Source of the DNA: a virus
Lineage: Duplodnaviria; Heunggongvirae; Uroviricota; Caudoviricetes
DNA length: 64,000 bases
Virus record (IMG/VR): IMGVR_UViG_3300006145_000003
Reading direction: 5' to 3' (one strand)
A model generated the notes under the pieces. The model saw only the letters and a program-made list of their open reading frames with translations. It ran no database searches and was not told where the DNA came from. Made by a program: the position numbers and the translations under genes. Positions 29,155 to 38,154 of the stretch are shown one piece after another (the stretch's first letter is position 1; every line of letters starts with the position of its first letter).

Positions 29155-29239
29155 AAATCCATGGTATGAGTTTTTTGTCCGGCATGTAGGCAGACTCTTG
29201 ATTATGAATAAATCATTTTGGATAAAGGGATGGTAATCA

Positions 29240-30238
29240 ATGGCATATTTTGAAAACATCACCCTGGAAAAAGGTATGTACAACGTTTCAGGTAAGAACT
29301 TTACACAGGTTTTAGAGGAACTGGACAGCTCATGGAACTACCGTGGCACCCCTCTAGAGGGGTTTGACGCATATCATCGCCAGCTTAATCGCTACGCTAT
29401 TAAGGTGAGTGGCCCAGAAAGTAGCCCTGTGGAGAGCTTCTTTCAGAACAGCAACAGCGCTGTCCTTTTCCCGGAATATGTGGCAAGGGCTGTACGGCAG
29501 GGGATGGAGAGCGTCAATAAAATAAGCGATATGGTGGCAACGGTCACGAAGATAGAGGACCTGGACTACCGCAGCATCTCCGCCGGAGTTGATGATGACC
29601 CTAAAGGAGATGTGGCGGTAGAGGGTGCAGAGCTGCCTAAGACCAATATCACCACTAACTCCAGGCTAGTAAAGATGCAAAAGCGCGGCAGGATGCTGAC
29701 CGCCTCCTATGAGGCTTTGCGTTTCCAGAAACTTGACCTGCTCACCGTAGCCCTGCGGCAGATTGGCGCGTACATTGCGTATGCTACTACAAATGACGCA
29801 GTGGACGTGTTAGTGAATGGCGATGGCAACAAAGCAGGAATTGATTTCACACCTGGCTGCAAACCAGACTATACGGATTTTATCGGCTTGTGGGCAAAGA
29901 TTTCCCCCTATAGCCTGAACACAGTGGTTGCTGGTACTGCTGCCATGCAGAAGCTGCTGAATATGCCAGAGTTCAAGGACGCACAAGCGGGGACGAACTT
30001 CCGGGGCACTGGAAACCTGTGCACCTTCTTTGGAGCGAAGCTCATTCATGTGCCTGGCATGGACGAGTATAAGATACTGGCCTTGGACAAGAACTGTGCC
30101 CTGGAGATGGTACAGTCCGGCGATATCTGCACTGACACGGACAAACTAATTGACCGACAGCTAGAGCGAGCTGCTATCAGTGTGACGGCTGGGTTTGCGC
30201 GGATTTTTGAAGGGGCTGCTGTGGGGCTAGAATGTTAA
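29240..30238 (+). CDS. HK97-fold major capsid-like protein
   Basis: VEGAELPKT...RLVKMQKRGRMLTASYEAL resembles HK97-family EGAAKPES...VKKIAA...DELLED. Confidence 0.45.
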   Translation: MAYFENITLEKGMYNVSGKNFTQVLEELDSSWNYRGTPLEGFDAYHRQLNRYAIKVSGPESSPVESFFQNSNSAVLFPEYVARAVRQGMESVNKISDMVATVTKIEDLDYRSISAGVDDDPKGDVAVEGAELPKTNITTNSRLVKMQKRGRMLTASYEALRFQKLDLLTVALRQIGAYIAYATTNDAVDVLVNGDGNKAGIDFTPGCKPDYTDFIGLWAKISPYSLNTVVAGTAAMQKLLNMPEFKDAQAGTNFRGTGNLCTFFGAKLIHVPGMDEYKILALDKNCALEMVQSGDICTDTDKLIDRQLERAAISVTAGFARIFEGAAVGLEC

Positions 30239-30256
30239 TACTTATTTAAAAGTGCG

Positions 30257-30457
30257 ATGTGTTGGATACTTTTAACCGATGTGATTCAAAACAACTGTCT
30301 CTTTATTGATGGAGAGCAGGTTGAAATCCCAAAGTCATTTAGAAATACGGGCTTAAATGTTACTCAGTGTGATGGGAGACTGTATGTAAATGGATTTGAA
30401 TTAGTCAATGGTAAGTGGAAACGTACTCTGGCAACAATCTGGCGCTATATATTTTGA
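30257..30457 (+). CDS. small hypothetical protein
   Basis: ORF only. Confidence 0.3.
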   Translation: MCWILLTDVIQNNCLFIDGEQVEIPKSFRNTGLNVTQCDGRLYVNGFELVNGKWKRTLATIWRYIF

Positions 30458-30469
30458 AAGGATTACTTT

Positions 30470-30772
30470 ATGAATGAGTATAAAGATAGGCTACGCTCTG
30501 TCTTAAATGATGTAGAGAGAATAATCGAAGATGAACACGACATGGTTAAACTATTTCTTCGGGAGCTTTTCAACTTGCTATTCTGGAAGGATTATCGCGA
30601 AGGATATGTAGACCTCGACACCAGATATGAACTTATTAAGCTGATAGATTTCTATACGAAGCGAAAATCTGGAGACGATGAATGGTACGGGTTTGATGAT
30701 GTTGACCATGTGCACAGTGTTATTAGTAAAGTCCGTAACATGATTGGAATTAAAGAAGACTTACCAAAATAA
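30470..30772 (+). CDS. hypothetical protein
   Basis: ORF. Confidence 0.45.
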   Translation: MNEYKDRLRSVLNDVERIIEDEHDMVKLFLRELFNLLFWKDYREGYVDLDTRYELIKLIDFYTKRKSGDDEWYGFDDVDHVHSVISKVRNMIGIKEDLPK

Positions 30773-30780
30773 AAGGTTAA

Positions 30781-30791
30781 TTTGGTGGTGA
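30781..30791 (+). promoter_or_regulatory. Copy of conserved motif AAAA-N6-TTTGGTGGTGA (also at 35391, 39565, 41500)
   Basis: Four near-identical occurrences in short intergenic spacers. Confidence 0.5.
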
Positions 30792-30795
30792 CATT

Positions 30796-31251
30796 ATGTT
30801 GCAAATATCTAAAGGTGATATTTTACACGCCAAAGCAGCGTTTATTTGTCATCAGGTGAATTGCATGAACGCTATGGGCTCTGGAGTGGCAAAAGTTATT
30901 TGTACCAAATATCCAGAAGTGAAAACGATGTATCATGAATTTTGTTCAACAGCAGAAACGCCAAATGAGTTACTCGGAAAAATTCAAATTGTTCCGCTAC
31001 ACGGAGTTGGTATGGCTGTAATAAACATTTTCGGGCAATTAGATTATGGAAGATGTAAAGGAAGAATTTTTACAGACTATAACGCTTTGCAAAAGGCGTT
31101 CGCAGAAATTAACAAGCAATGCGCTGGAAAGTCCATTGCATTTCCATATGGATTTGGTTGTGGATTGGCAGGTGGGGATTGGGTTACAGTAGAAAAGCTC
31201 ATGTTAAATTACCTATGGAATTGCGATGTAAAAATCTACATGAAAGAATAA
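30796..31251 (+). CDS. Macro domain protein (ADP-ribose binding / hydrolase fold)
   Basis: AAFICHQVNCMNAMGSGVA and FPYGFGCGLAGG match Macro domain motifs. Confidence 0.7.
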   Translation: MLQISKGDILHAKAAFICHQVNCMNAMGSGVAKVICTKYPEVKTMYHEFCSTAETPNELLGKIQIVPLHGVGMAVINIFGQLDYGRCKGRIFTDYNALQKAFAEINKQCAGKSIAFPYGFGCGLAGGDWVTVEKLMLNYLWNCDVKIYMKE

Positions 31252-31295
31252 TTTTATGAAGGCGGACAATCTCTTAGTTAATTGACAATCTTACT

Positions 31296-31526
31296 CTATC
31301 GACTCTTTTTAGGCTCCTCGCTTTCACCGCGCTCCCTAAGAACGTCATTACAGATACGCCATACTTGCTCATACCATTCGTATGGCTTTGTCTCTTTGTA
31401 ATCGTAAACACTGTATGCATCATGAATAGCCTTTCGGAGGTCTTGTGAGGAGTAACTTTCCGGGTCATCGGTTATAGCATCTATATCGCTGAATTTATTT
31501 GTGTACCCATAGTCGTCTTTACGCAC
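31296..31526 (-). CDS. small charged protein on minus strand (GTG start)
   Basis: Minus-strand RBS aaaggag 9 nt upstream of GTG; 5' part of the longer listed ORF looks non-coding. Confidence 0.45.
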   Translation of the reverse strand: MRKDDYGYTNKFSDIDAITDDPESYSSQDLRKAIHDAYSVYDYKETKPYEWYEQVWRICNDVLRERGESEEPKKSR

Positions 31527-31634
31527 TTTGCTACACTCCTTTTTATGTCCGCCTTCAATAACAATTATAAACGATTTCAAAATGTGAGTCAAGAAGAAAA
31601 AATGAAAGATTAGTTTTAAGAAAGATGTAGGAAT

Positions 31635-31901
31635 ATGATTAAACAGAAACCATATCAAATTGAGCTGTTCTATGGGTTTGAAGAGTGTGAAGACGGTATT
31701 TGGCACGCATTTGAAGTGTGCGACCCAGACACATTTCCATGTGAAGATGAAATTGGGCAAAAACTTGCTAATACTCTTCAAGTTTCACCGAACAGTTTTT
31801 CGTTCAAATTTGACTCAATGTATATCAACTTGCCAGAATCTGTCGTAGAAAAAATAAGGGCTGATGCAGTGAAAGAGTATATTGGAAATATGGGACGGTA
31901 G
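31635..31901 (+). CDS. hypothetical protein
   Basis: ORF. Confidence 0.45.
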   Translation: MIKQKPYQIELFYGFEECEDGIWHAFEVCDPDTFPCEDEIGQKLANTLQVSPNSFSFKFDSMYINLPESVVEKIRADAVKEYIGNMGR

Positions 31902-31948
31902 AATGAAATTTGATAGAAAATTGAAACAACCTTCTGAGGAGAAACGAT

Positions 31949-32272
31949 ATGGCGGAAACGTTGTACTTATCCAGTGGAGAGGTAAAAGTCATCTTTGACA
32001 AAAACAACAAAGAGCAAATTCTTAGCGATATAATTAGAGAAAAACTCGGGCGTGATTGCGAAGAGCTGTTTTATCACATTATCCAAAATGATACAGAGCA
32101 GGATTGTGGTGATGACTACGAAAGCATTGCAGATGGGTATAGAGCAATGTTAATGAGTGCGGTGGAAGAATTAGACGAGGCATTACTTCTTTTTAATTTC
32201 CAGAGATTAAAAAGAAGTGATTTACAGAAAATGCTGCAAAGATGTCGAAACAATATATACAACAATTTGTAG
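31949..32272 (+). CDS. hypothetical protein
   Basis: ORF. Confidence 0.45.
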   Translation: MAETLYLSSGEVKVIFDKNNKEQILSDIIREKLGRDCEELFYHIIQNDTEQDCGDDYESIADGYRAMLMSAVEELDEALLLFNFQRLKRSDLQKMLQRCRNNIYNNL

Positions 32273-32304
32273 GGTAATAAAATAAGGTTTTGGTTGTTAG
32301 TGTA

Positions 32305-32562
32305 ATGTTTGAATATAATGTGGAATCATCAAAGGCAGCGGAAAAACTCGATAGATATGACTTAACTGATGTGCTGAAAGATGTTCATGGAGTAGATGTC
32401 TATGAAGTAGCGGAAAAAATTAGTAGCATGGGAAATGTAGAAATATCTGAGGCGATAGATTGCCTAACAATAGATGAATTAGTCTTATACCTTGAAAGAC
32501 GATACAAAATGGGAACCACAGAAGAGGTACGAAGTTTTATGTGGTGGAGGAGCAAATATTGA
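32305..32562 (+). CDS. hypothetical protein
   Basis: ORF. Confidence 0.4.
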   Translation: MFEYNVESSKAAEKLDRYDLTDVLKDVHGVDVYEVAEKISSMGNVEISEAIDCLTIDELVLYLERRYKMGTTEEVRSFMWWRSKY

Positions 32563-32563
32563 A

Positions 32564-32917
32564 ATGAGTGAAATTATATATTTTGAACTTAACAACTGGT
32601 TTGCGGAGAGGGATTATCCAGACGAGGAGCCGTTTTTAACATGGATGGACGATGACAATGTATACGACGACTCATTCATGACGAGTGAGGATTGGGCTAA
32701 GGAAAATGGAATTTGCGTTATTGCACATTTTGTTGATATGTCTATAAACCTCTGCATCACGGCAACAAAAGAATGGATAGACAGTAACTGCCCTAATCTC
32801 CTCACAAAAAATGCGCAGTTCTTGCGATATCCTGATGAATGTGGTGATGTCTATGGAAGATTCGGAGCAAAGTTTTTAGAATATCATGAGGATAATTTTG
32901 GTGTTACATGGATTTAG
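32564..32917 (+). CDS. hypothetical protein
   Basis: RBS ggagg. Confidence 0.45.
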   Translation: MSEIIYFELNNWFAERDYPDEEPFLTWMDDDNVYDDSFMTSEDWAKENGICVIAHFVDMSINLCITATKEWIDSNCPNLLTKNAQFLRYPDECGDVYGRFGAKFLEYHEDNFGVTWI

Positions 32918-32953
32918 TAAAATACTTTTGTACAATATAATAGATGAAGGAGT

Positions 32954-33142
32954 TTGGCTATGGCATCATATTGGTGGGGATATATTCCTCCAGATTACGG
33001 CGAAACCGAAGAATATCGGAGAATCATGAAGCAAAACGATATCGCGGTGGAATTGTTCAAGGAAAGGCAAAATGCTACCCCATCTGCAAAGCGAATAACG
33101 GACTTGCAGGTGAAGTATGACCTTCTTGACCGTAATAAATAA
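32954..33142 (+). CDS. small hypothetical protein
   Basis: RBS aaggag. Confidence 0.4.
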   Translation: MAMASYWWGYIPPDYGETEEYRRIMKQNDIAVELFKERQNATPSAKRITDLQVKYDLLDRNK

Positions 33143-33162
33143 CAGTGAGGGAGGGTATAGAA

Positions 33163-34368
33163 ATGGTTGAATTGCAAGGGAAGTACGCATCTGCAAAGGT
33201 ATTTACCAATATTGTTGATGAAGCATCCATATCGCAAGTAATAAATCTTTTGAACCAGCCTTACATCGATGGCAGCGTTGTCAGAATGATGCCAGATATT
33301 CATGCCGGGGCTGGCTGCACTATTGGCACGACAATGACTATCAAGGATAAGATTTGTCCTAATCTTGTTGGGGTTGATATTGGTTGCGGCATGGAGACAA
33401 TCCGAATTAAGGAGAACTTCATCGAACCAGCAAAACTTGATAAAGTAATTCGTGAGTTGATTCCATCTGGATTCAGTGTGCGTTCTACTAACCATAGGTT
33501 TGCAAATGACATAGACTTGTCAAAGCTATCTTGTGTGAAAAAGATAGACATAGACCGTGCATACAACAGCATAGGCACACTCGGTGGTGGCAATCATTTT
33601 ATAGAAGCCAATAAAGATGGAGATGAAAATATCTACATTATTGTCCACTCTGGCAGTCGTCATCTTGGCCTTGAAATTGCCAATTACTACCAGGAAGCGG
33701 CATACAATACTCTAACATCATATAGCAAAGAAGAGATTAACAGTATTATTAAGACGCTGAAAACTTCTGGACGCGCAAAAGAAATTCAAAATAAATTGAA
33801 AAAGCTGAAATCAAAAAGGTCTCCAGTTCCAAAGCAGTTAGCGTATGTGGAGGGCGAGCTTTTTGACCGATATATCCACGATATGAGAATAGCACAACAA
33901 TTTGCAGAGTTAAACCGTCAGGCAATGATGGACAGCATTGTTAATGGAATGGGACTCCATGTTATAGAACAGTTTACAACTATCCACAATTACATTGACA
34001 CAGATAATATGATTCTTCGAAAAGGTGCGGTTTCCGCCCAGAACGGGGAACGCTTGCTTATCCCCATAAATATGAGGGATGGTAGTTTACTTTGCACCGG
34101 CAAGGGTAATGAAGATTGGAACTTCTCCGCTCCTCATGGAGCAGGCCGACTAATGAGCCGCAGTGATGCAAAAGAAGCGTTTACAGTTTCTGAGTTCAAA
34201 CAACAAATGGAGGGTATCTATACAACATCTGTTGGACGCAGCACATTAGATGAGTGCCCCATGGCTTATAAGAGAATGGATGATATAGTTGGAAATATTG
34301 AGCCAACAGTAAGTGTTGATGCAGTTATCAGGCCAATATATAATTTCAAGTCTGGCGATGGAGAATAA
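33163..34368 (+). CDS. rtcB: RtcB RNA 3'-phosphate ligase
   Basis: MPDIHAGAGCTIGTT, GVDIGCGM, SAPHGAGR catalytic motifs; RBS gagggaggg. Confidence 0.85.
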   Translation: MVELQGKYASAKVFTNIVDEASISQVINLLNQPYIDGSVVRMMPDIHAGAGCTIGTTMTIKDKICPNLVGVDIGCGMETIRIKENFIEPAKLDKVIRELIPSGFSVRSTNHRFANDIDLSKLSCVKKIDIDRAYNSIGTLGGGNHFIEANKDGDENIYIIVHSGSRHLGLEIANYYQEAAYNTLTSYSKEEINSIIKTLKTSGRAKEIQNKLKKLKSKRSPVPKQLAYVEGELFDRYIHDMRIAQQFAELNRQAMMDSIVNGMGLHVIEQFTTIHNYIDTDNMILRKGAVSAQNGERLLIPINMRDGSLLCTGKGNEDWNFSAPHGAGRLMSRSDAKEAFTVSEFKQQMEGIYTTSVGRSTLDECPMAYKRMDDIVGNIEPTVSVDAVIRPIYNFKSGDGE

Positions 34369-34371
34369 CAG

Positions 34372-34629
34372 ATGAAAATAGAATGGTTCCCAATAATTGC
34401 AGAATGTCTCAGAGATTATTCTGAGGGAGAAGTGTGGGGCAATGGTGGAGACGAGATAATGTGCAGAAGCGAAAGCGTTGCCAACGCGATGGAAGATTTG
34501 CTTACACAGCTCTATGCTTCACAAGGAGATAAAATCACAATATGTACCGGGTACTATGACCCAGATGAAGATAGGCGTAACGGCGAAGAGGATAGATGTA
34601 CTGGCTGGTGGTATGTGAATATCAACTAA
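34372..34629 (+). CDS. small hypothetical protein
   Basis: ORF. Confidence 0.4.
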   Translation: MKIEWFPIIAECLRDYSEGEVWGNGGDEIMCRSESVANAMEDLLTQLYASQGDKITICTGYYDPDEDRRNGEEDRCTGWWYVNIN

Positions 34630-34648
34630 TTTCAAAGGTGGTGCGATA

Positions 34649-35038
34649 TTGAGCAAAGAGTTTGTTTTTTTGAGTATGCTGTTTTTCCACATCGTGGACG
34701 ACTACTATCTCCAAGGTATCTTGGCTTCGATGAAACAGAAGAACTGGTGGGAAAACAACGCTCCACAGCGATTGTATAAGTATGACTATATAGTGGCGCT
34801 CATTATGCATAGTTTGAGCTGGGCTTTTATGATAATGCTGCCGATTGCAATACAAACTCACCTGAATGTCGGAAATGCCTTTCTCTGCGCCCTCATTGTC
34901 AATGCAATAGTACATGGTGTTGTGGATGACATTAAGGCCAATAAACTTAAGATTAACCTTATTATTGACCAGACAATTCATATCGTTCAAATAGTTGTAA
35001 CATTCATTATCAATGTGCATTTCTTGGGGGTGGTATAA
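34649..35038 (+). CDS. membrane protein (TTG start)
   Basis: Several hydrophobic helices. Confidence 0.45.
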   Translation: MSKEFVFLSMLFFHIVDDYYLQGILASMKQKNWWENNAPQRLYKYDYIVALIMHSLSWAFMIMLPIAIQTHLNVGNAFLCALIVNAIVHGVVDDIKANKLKINLIIDQTIHIVQIVVTFIINVHFLGVV

Positions 35039-35376
35039 TGAATAGGCACGAAGTTACTATCCATATTACGTCAGATGAATTTACAAGAGTCAATCGACTT
35101 TTAGCAATAGAATCCTTAGAGGATATGACGGACGACGAATTGATTTTGCAAGGAGCGAACACCCATCACAACGAGGGTATCTATTACGCCGAGTTTGACA
35201 ACGGTAGTTCTATCAATTTCGACCTTTGTTCCGGAGTACTCAACTACTGGGATGATGTGGTGTGGACAAACCGAGACAGAAGCATAGATGTCATGCTCGA
35301 TTGTGAATATAAACTTGGAGATATTGAGGTAGAGATTGAATCCGAGTTGTATATCGTAAAGATAGCAATAGAATGA
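35038..35376 (+). CDS. hypothetical protein
   Basis: ATGA overlap. Confidence 0.45.
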   Translation: MNRHEVTIHITSDEFTRVNRLLAIESLEDMTDDELILQGANTHHNEGIYYAEFDNGSSINFDLCSGVLNYWDDVVWTNRDRSIDVMLDCEYKLGDIEVEIESELYIVKIAIE

Positions 35377-35390
35377 CAGCAAAATAGAAT

Positions 35391-35401
35391 TTTGGTGGTG
35401 A
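35391..35401 (+). promoter_or_regulatory. Copy of AAAA-N6-TTTGGTGGTGA motif
   Basis: See 30781. Confidence 0.5.
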
Positions 35402-35405
35402 TGAG

Positions 35406-36385
35406 ATGACTTTGGATAGCGTCATCGTTTCTGCCCCTGATAACTTTGTGATTCGAGATGCTCTTGCCAGATGCTTTGAGGTGGTGCAAGAGCACAGACA
35501 CATCGTGTGCTCTTGCAGCGGGGGGGCGACAGTGATGTGATGGTTGACCTGCTCTTGCGATGTGGTGCAGGTGAGAAAACGGATTTTGTGTTTTTCAACA
35601 CCGGACTTGAATATGTCGCCACCTTCGAGCATTTGGAAGAGATAGAGCGGAAATACGGGGTGTCAATCCACCGCATAGATGCTATTAAGCCAATTCCGAT
35701 ATGTGTGAAGGAGTATGGTGTTCCGTTTTGGAGTAAGTTCGCATCAGATATGATTCATCGCTTACAGCTGCACAATTTCCAGTGGGAGGACGAATCGTTC
35801 GATGTCCTTATTCAACGGTATCCAAGATGCAAAACCGCATTGGAATGGTGGTGTAACGTAATCACAGGAAACACCACACAATATGCAATCAAACGAATAC
35901 CATATCTGAAAGAGTTCATGATAATCAACCCGCCGTCATTCCGAATCTCTGATAAATGCTGTACATACGCAAAGAAGAAAGTGTCTGAGCGGTTCATTAA
36001 GAACGGTGACTATGACCTGTCTTGCATTGGTGTCAGGCAGTCGGAAGGCGGGATACGCTCCGCAACATACAAAACGTGTTTTTCAGATGGCGATGATATC
36101 GACCACTTCCGCCCAGTATTTTGGCTAAGGGACAATGATAAAGAGGAATATTGTGAGCACTATGGTGTCACACATAGCAGATGCTACACCCAGTATGGCT
36201 TAGCCCGTACTGGGTGTTTTGGTTGTCCATTCGGAAAGCGGTTTGAAGACGAGTTAAAGTCGATAGAGCAGCACGAACCTAAATTGCTCCGGGCCGCAAA
36301 TAGTATCTTCGGAGAGAGTTATGACTACACTCGCAGATACCTTGCATTCCGAGAAAAAATGAAGCGGAAGCAGAAGAAACAATAA
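35406..36385 (+). pseudogene. PP-loop ATP pyrophosphatase (PAPS-reductase/QueC-like family) with frameshift in G7 run 35520-35526
   Basis: Frame A ends HIVCSCSGGATVM*; frame B continues GGDSDVMVDLLL; one extra G gives CSCSGGGDSDVMV (SGGxDS PP-loop). Confidence 0.65.
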
Positions 36386-36433
36386 AACAGAACTTTTATA
36401 TCGTTAGATACAATGTCTCAAGGGGTAAGGTAT

Positions 36434-36643
36434 ATGATAAAAGTTGTAACAGGAGAACTGAGGGAAGCCGTTAAGCATATAGACGTTCCCAAAGTGCAGG
36501 ACTATGTGGCAGAATACAGGAACAAATGTATGGGACTTTGGTTCAGCAACACCCATGATGAACTGGAAGACTTCCTGCGGTTGCTGGAGCAGAACTTTGC
36601 CCGGGTGGACAGGTCGCTGGGGAAGCCAGCGACCGGGAGATGA
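36434..36643 (+). CDS. small hypothetical protein within GC-rich insertion
   Basis: RBS aaggggtaagg. Confidence 0.4.
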   Translation: MIKVVTGELREAVKHIDVPKVQDYVAEYRNKCMGLWFSNTHDELEDFLRLLEQNFARVDRSLGKPATGR

Positions 36644-36975
36644 TTTTTTGCTATGCCGGGATGATGAAAGGCATCTTGCAGGTGCTTCGGCAGATGCTGA
36701 AGGAAGAGGTCCGGAATGTGGATGTGGAAGAGCTGGCGGCGCTCCAGAGCGCAAAAACAGACCGAATCCTGCTATGCCTGTACAACCACCGCAGCGGCAT
36801 GGGAATGCGTCATGGGGAGCTGGCAGAGGCTGCAGACCTGTCCGGCAGCGCCCTGACCAACATGATGAAGCGGATTTTAAGTTCTGGCGCGGCAGATTGT
36901 ACCAGAATAGGAAAAAACGCCTGGTATATGCTGACAAAGGCTGGCCGGAGATACTGTGAATCGGTTATGATATAG
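36640..36975 (+). CDS. MarR-like winged-helix transcriptional regulator (in ~550-bp GC-rich island)
   Basis: RHGELAEAADLSGSALTNMMKRILSSG...WYMLTKAGRRY wHTH pattern; GC far above genome average. Confidence 0.5.
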   Translation: MIFCYAGMMKGILQVLRQMLKEEVRNVDVEELAALQSAKTDRILLCLYNHRSGMGMRHGELAEAADLSGSALTNMMKRILSSGAADCTRIGKNAWYMLTKAGRRYCESVMI

Positions 36976-36998
36976 ATAAAAGAAAAATTGGAGGAAAA

Positions 36999-37514
36999 AT
37001 GTATCGGATAAGAGAAGGCGTATTTGAAACAAATTCTAGCAGCACACATAGCATCTGCATAACAACGAATCGCCGAACCTCAATGTGTCATCCAGAGCAC
37101 GTTCATTTCCGATGTGACGAATTCGGATGGGAGTGGCGAAGGCTTGATACCGTGGATGAAAAGGCTGCATATCTATATTCAAGCATGGTTCTTTTACTCA
37201 ATCAAAGGGAACTTCAAAAATCAACGGAGCATATTATGGACACTTTATATCGGTTCGGAATAACTTGCACCTTTGATGAACCGGAATATAATGACCTTGG
37301 TTCCGGGTTCAGATATTGCTCTAACGCTGATATCGACCACTGTGGTGCAGATGAGCATCGAAATTTCGTGTCTAAAACTATCTATAATGAAGGCAGACTT
37401 GTACGCTACCTTTTTTCAAGAGATAGCTTTGTTTTGACTGGTAATGACAACCAAGATGGAAGTGTTGCTGTTAATGTAAAATATCCGCACGAAACATTTT
37501 ACAAAGGATGCTAG
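36999..37514 (+). CDS. paralog 1 of GVFETNSSSTHSI family (171 aa)
   Basis: Shared N-terminal motif with next two genes. Confidence 0.55.
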   Translation: MYRIREGVFETNSSSTHSICITTNRRTSMCHPEHVHFRCDEFGWEWRRLDTVDEKAAYLYSSMVLLLNQRELQKSTEHIMDTLYRFGITCTFDEPEYNDLGSGFRYCSNADIDHCGADEHRNFVSKTIYNEGRLVRYLFSRDSFVLTGNDNQDGSVAVNVKYPHETFYKGC

Positions 37515-37525
37515 GAGGTATACAT

Positions 37526-37813
37526 ATGAAACAAGTTAGACAAGGCGTTTTTGAGACAAACAGCAGTTCAACGCACAGTATTACAATTTGTACAAAGGAA
37601 GAATATGAGAAGTTCAAAGCCGGTGAGCTAATGTGTGACAGCTATGGTGGAGGAATGAAACCAACCTCTGAAGTAGAACGAGATGAAGACGGGTATTGCA
37701 GGTTTGAAACTTATGAAACTCTTGGCGGCGACTGGCTTGAAAACGATATAACTCCTTTCACTACGCCAAGTGGCGATGAAATGGTGGCAATCTGTACATA
37801 TGGACATGATTGA
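37526..37813 (+). CDS. paralog 2 of GVFETNSSSTHSI family
   Basis: N-terminal MKQVRQGVFETNSSSTHSITICT; C-terminal TPSGDEMVAICTYGH shared with paralog 3. Confidence 0.55.
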   Translation: MKQVRQGVFETNSSSTHSITICTKEEYEKFKAGELMCDSYGGGMKPTSEVERDEDGYCRFETYETLGGDWLENDITPFTTPSGDEMVAICTYGHD

Positions 37814-37838
37814 GTCATAGTGCGGGAGGGCATTAGGA

Positions 37839-38138
37839 ATGAAACAAATTAGAAAAGGTGTATTTGAAACTAACAGCAGTTCTACGCATTCAATTACGAT
37901 TTGTACCGACGAAGAGTACAGGGAATTTATCAAAGGAAACTTGATGTATGATAAATTTGACGAAACTCTTGTTCCATTTTCAAAAGATGATTTGGATTCG
38001 AAGCAGTACAGGTATAGTGATTTCAAACGTCTAGGCAATGTTATTGATGACATAAGCCTCGAAACATACAAGCATGAGTTTGTGACTCCGAGCGGAGACA
38101 AGATGGTCGCATTTGGTACGTATGGATATAATGGGTAA
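37839..38138 (+). CDS. paralog 3 of GVFETNSSSTHSI family
   Basis: MKQIRKGVFETNSSSTHSITICT ... TPSGDKMVAFGTYGY. Confidence 0.55.
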   Translation: MKQIRKGVFETNSSSTHSITICTDEEYREFIKGNLMYDKFDETLVPFSKDDLDSKQYRYSDFKRLGNVIDDISLETYKHEFVTPSGDKMVAFGTYGYNG

Positions 38139-38154
38139 ATAGGAGGATGAAGGA

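Noticed and set aside
35507-35520. GTG 35507 as the genuine start of the PP-loop gene
   Set aside because: The conserved PP-loop SGG begins upstream in another frame from ATG 35406; GTG 35507 is only the frame-shifted continuation
36404-36959. Minus ORF (177 aa) and + ORF 36504-36959 (151 aa) in the GC-rich island
   Set aside because: High GC suppresses stop codons on all frames; products are Pro/Arg/Gly-rich junk, while the two chosen + ORFs have RBSs and a recognisable wHTH
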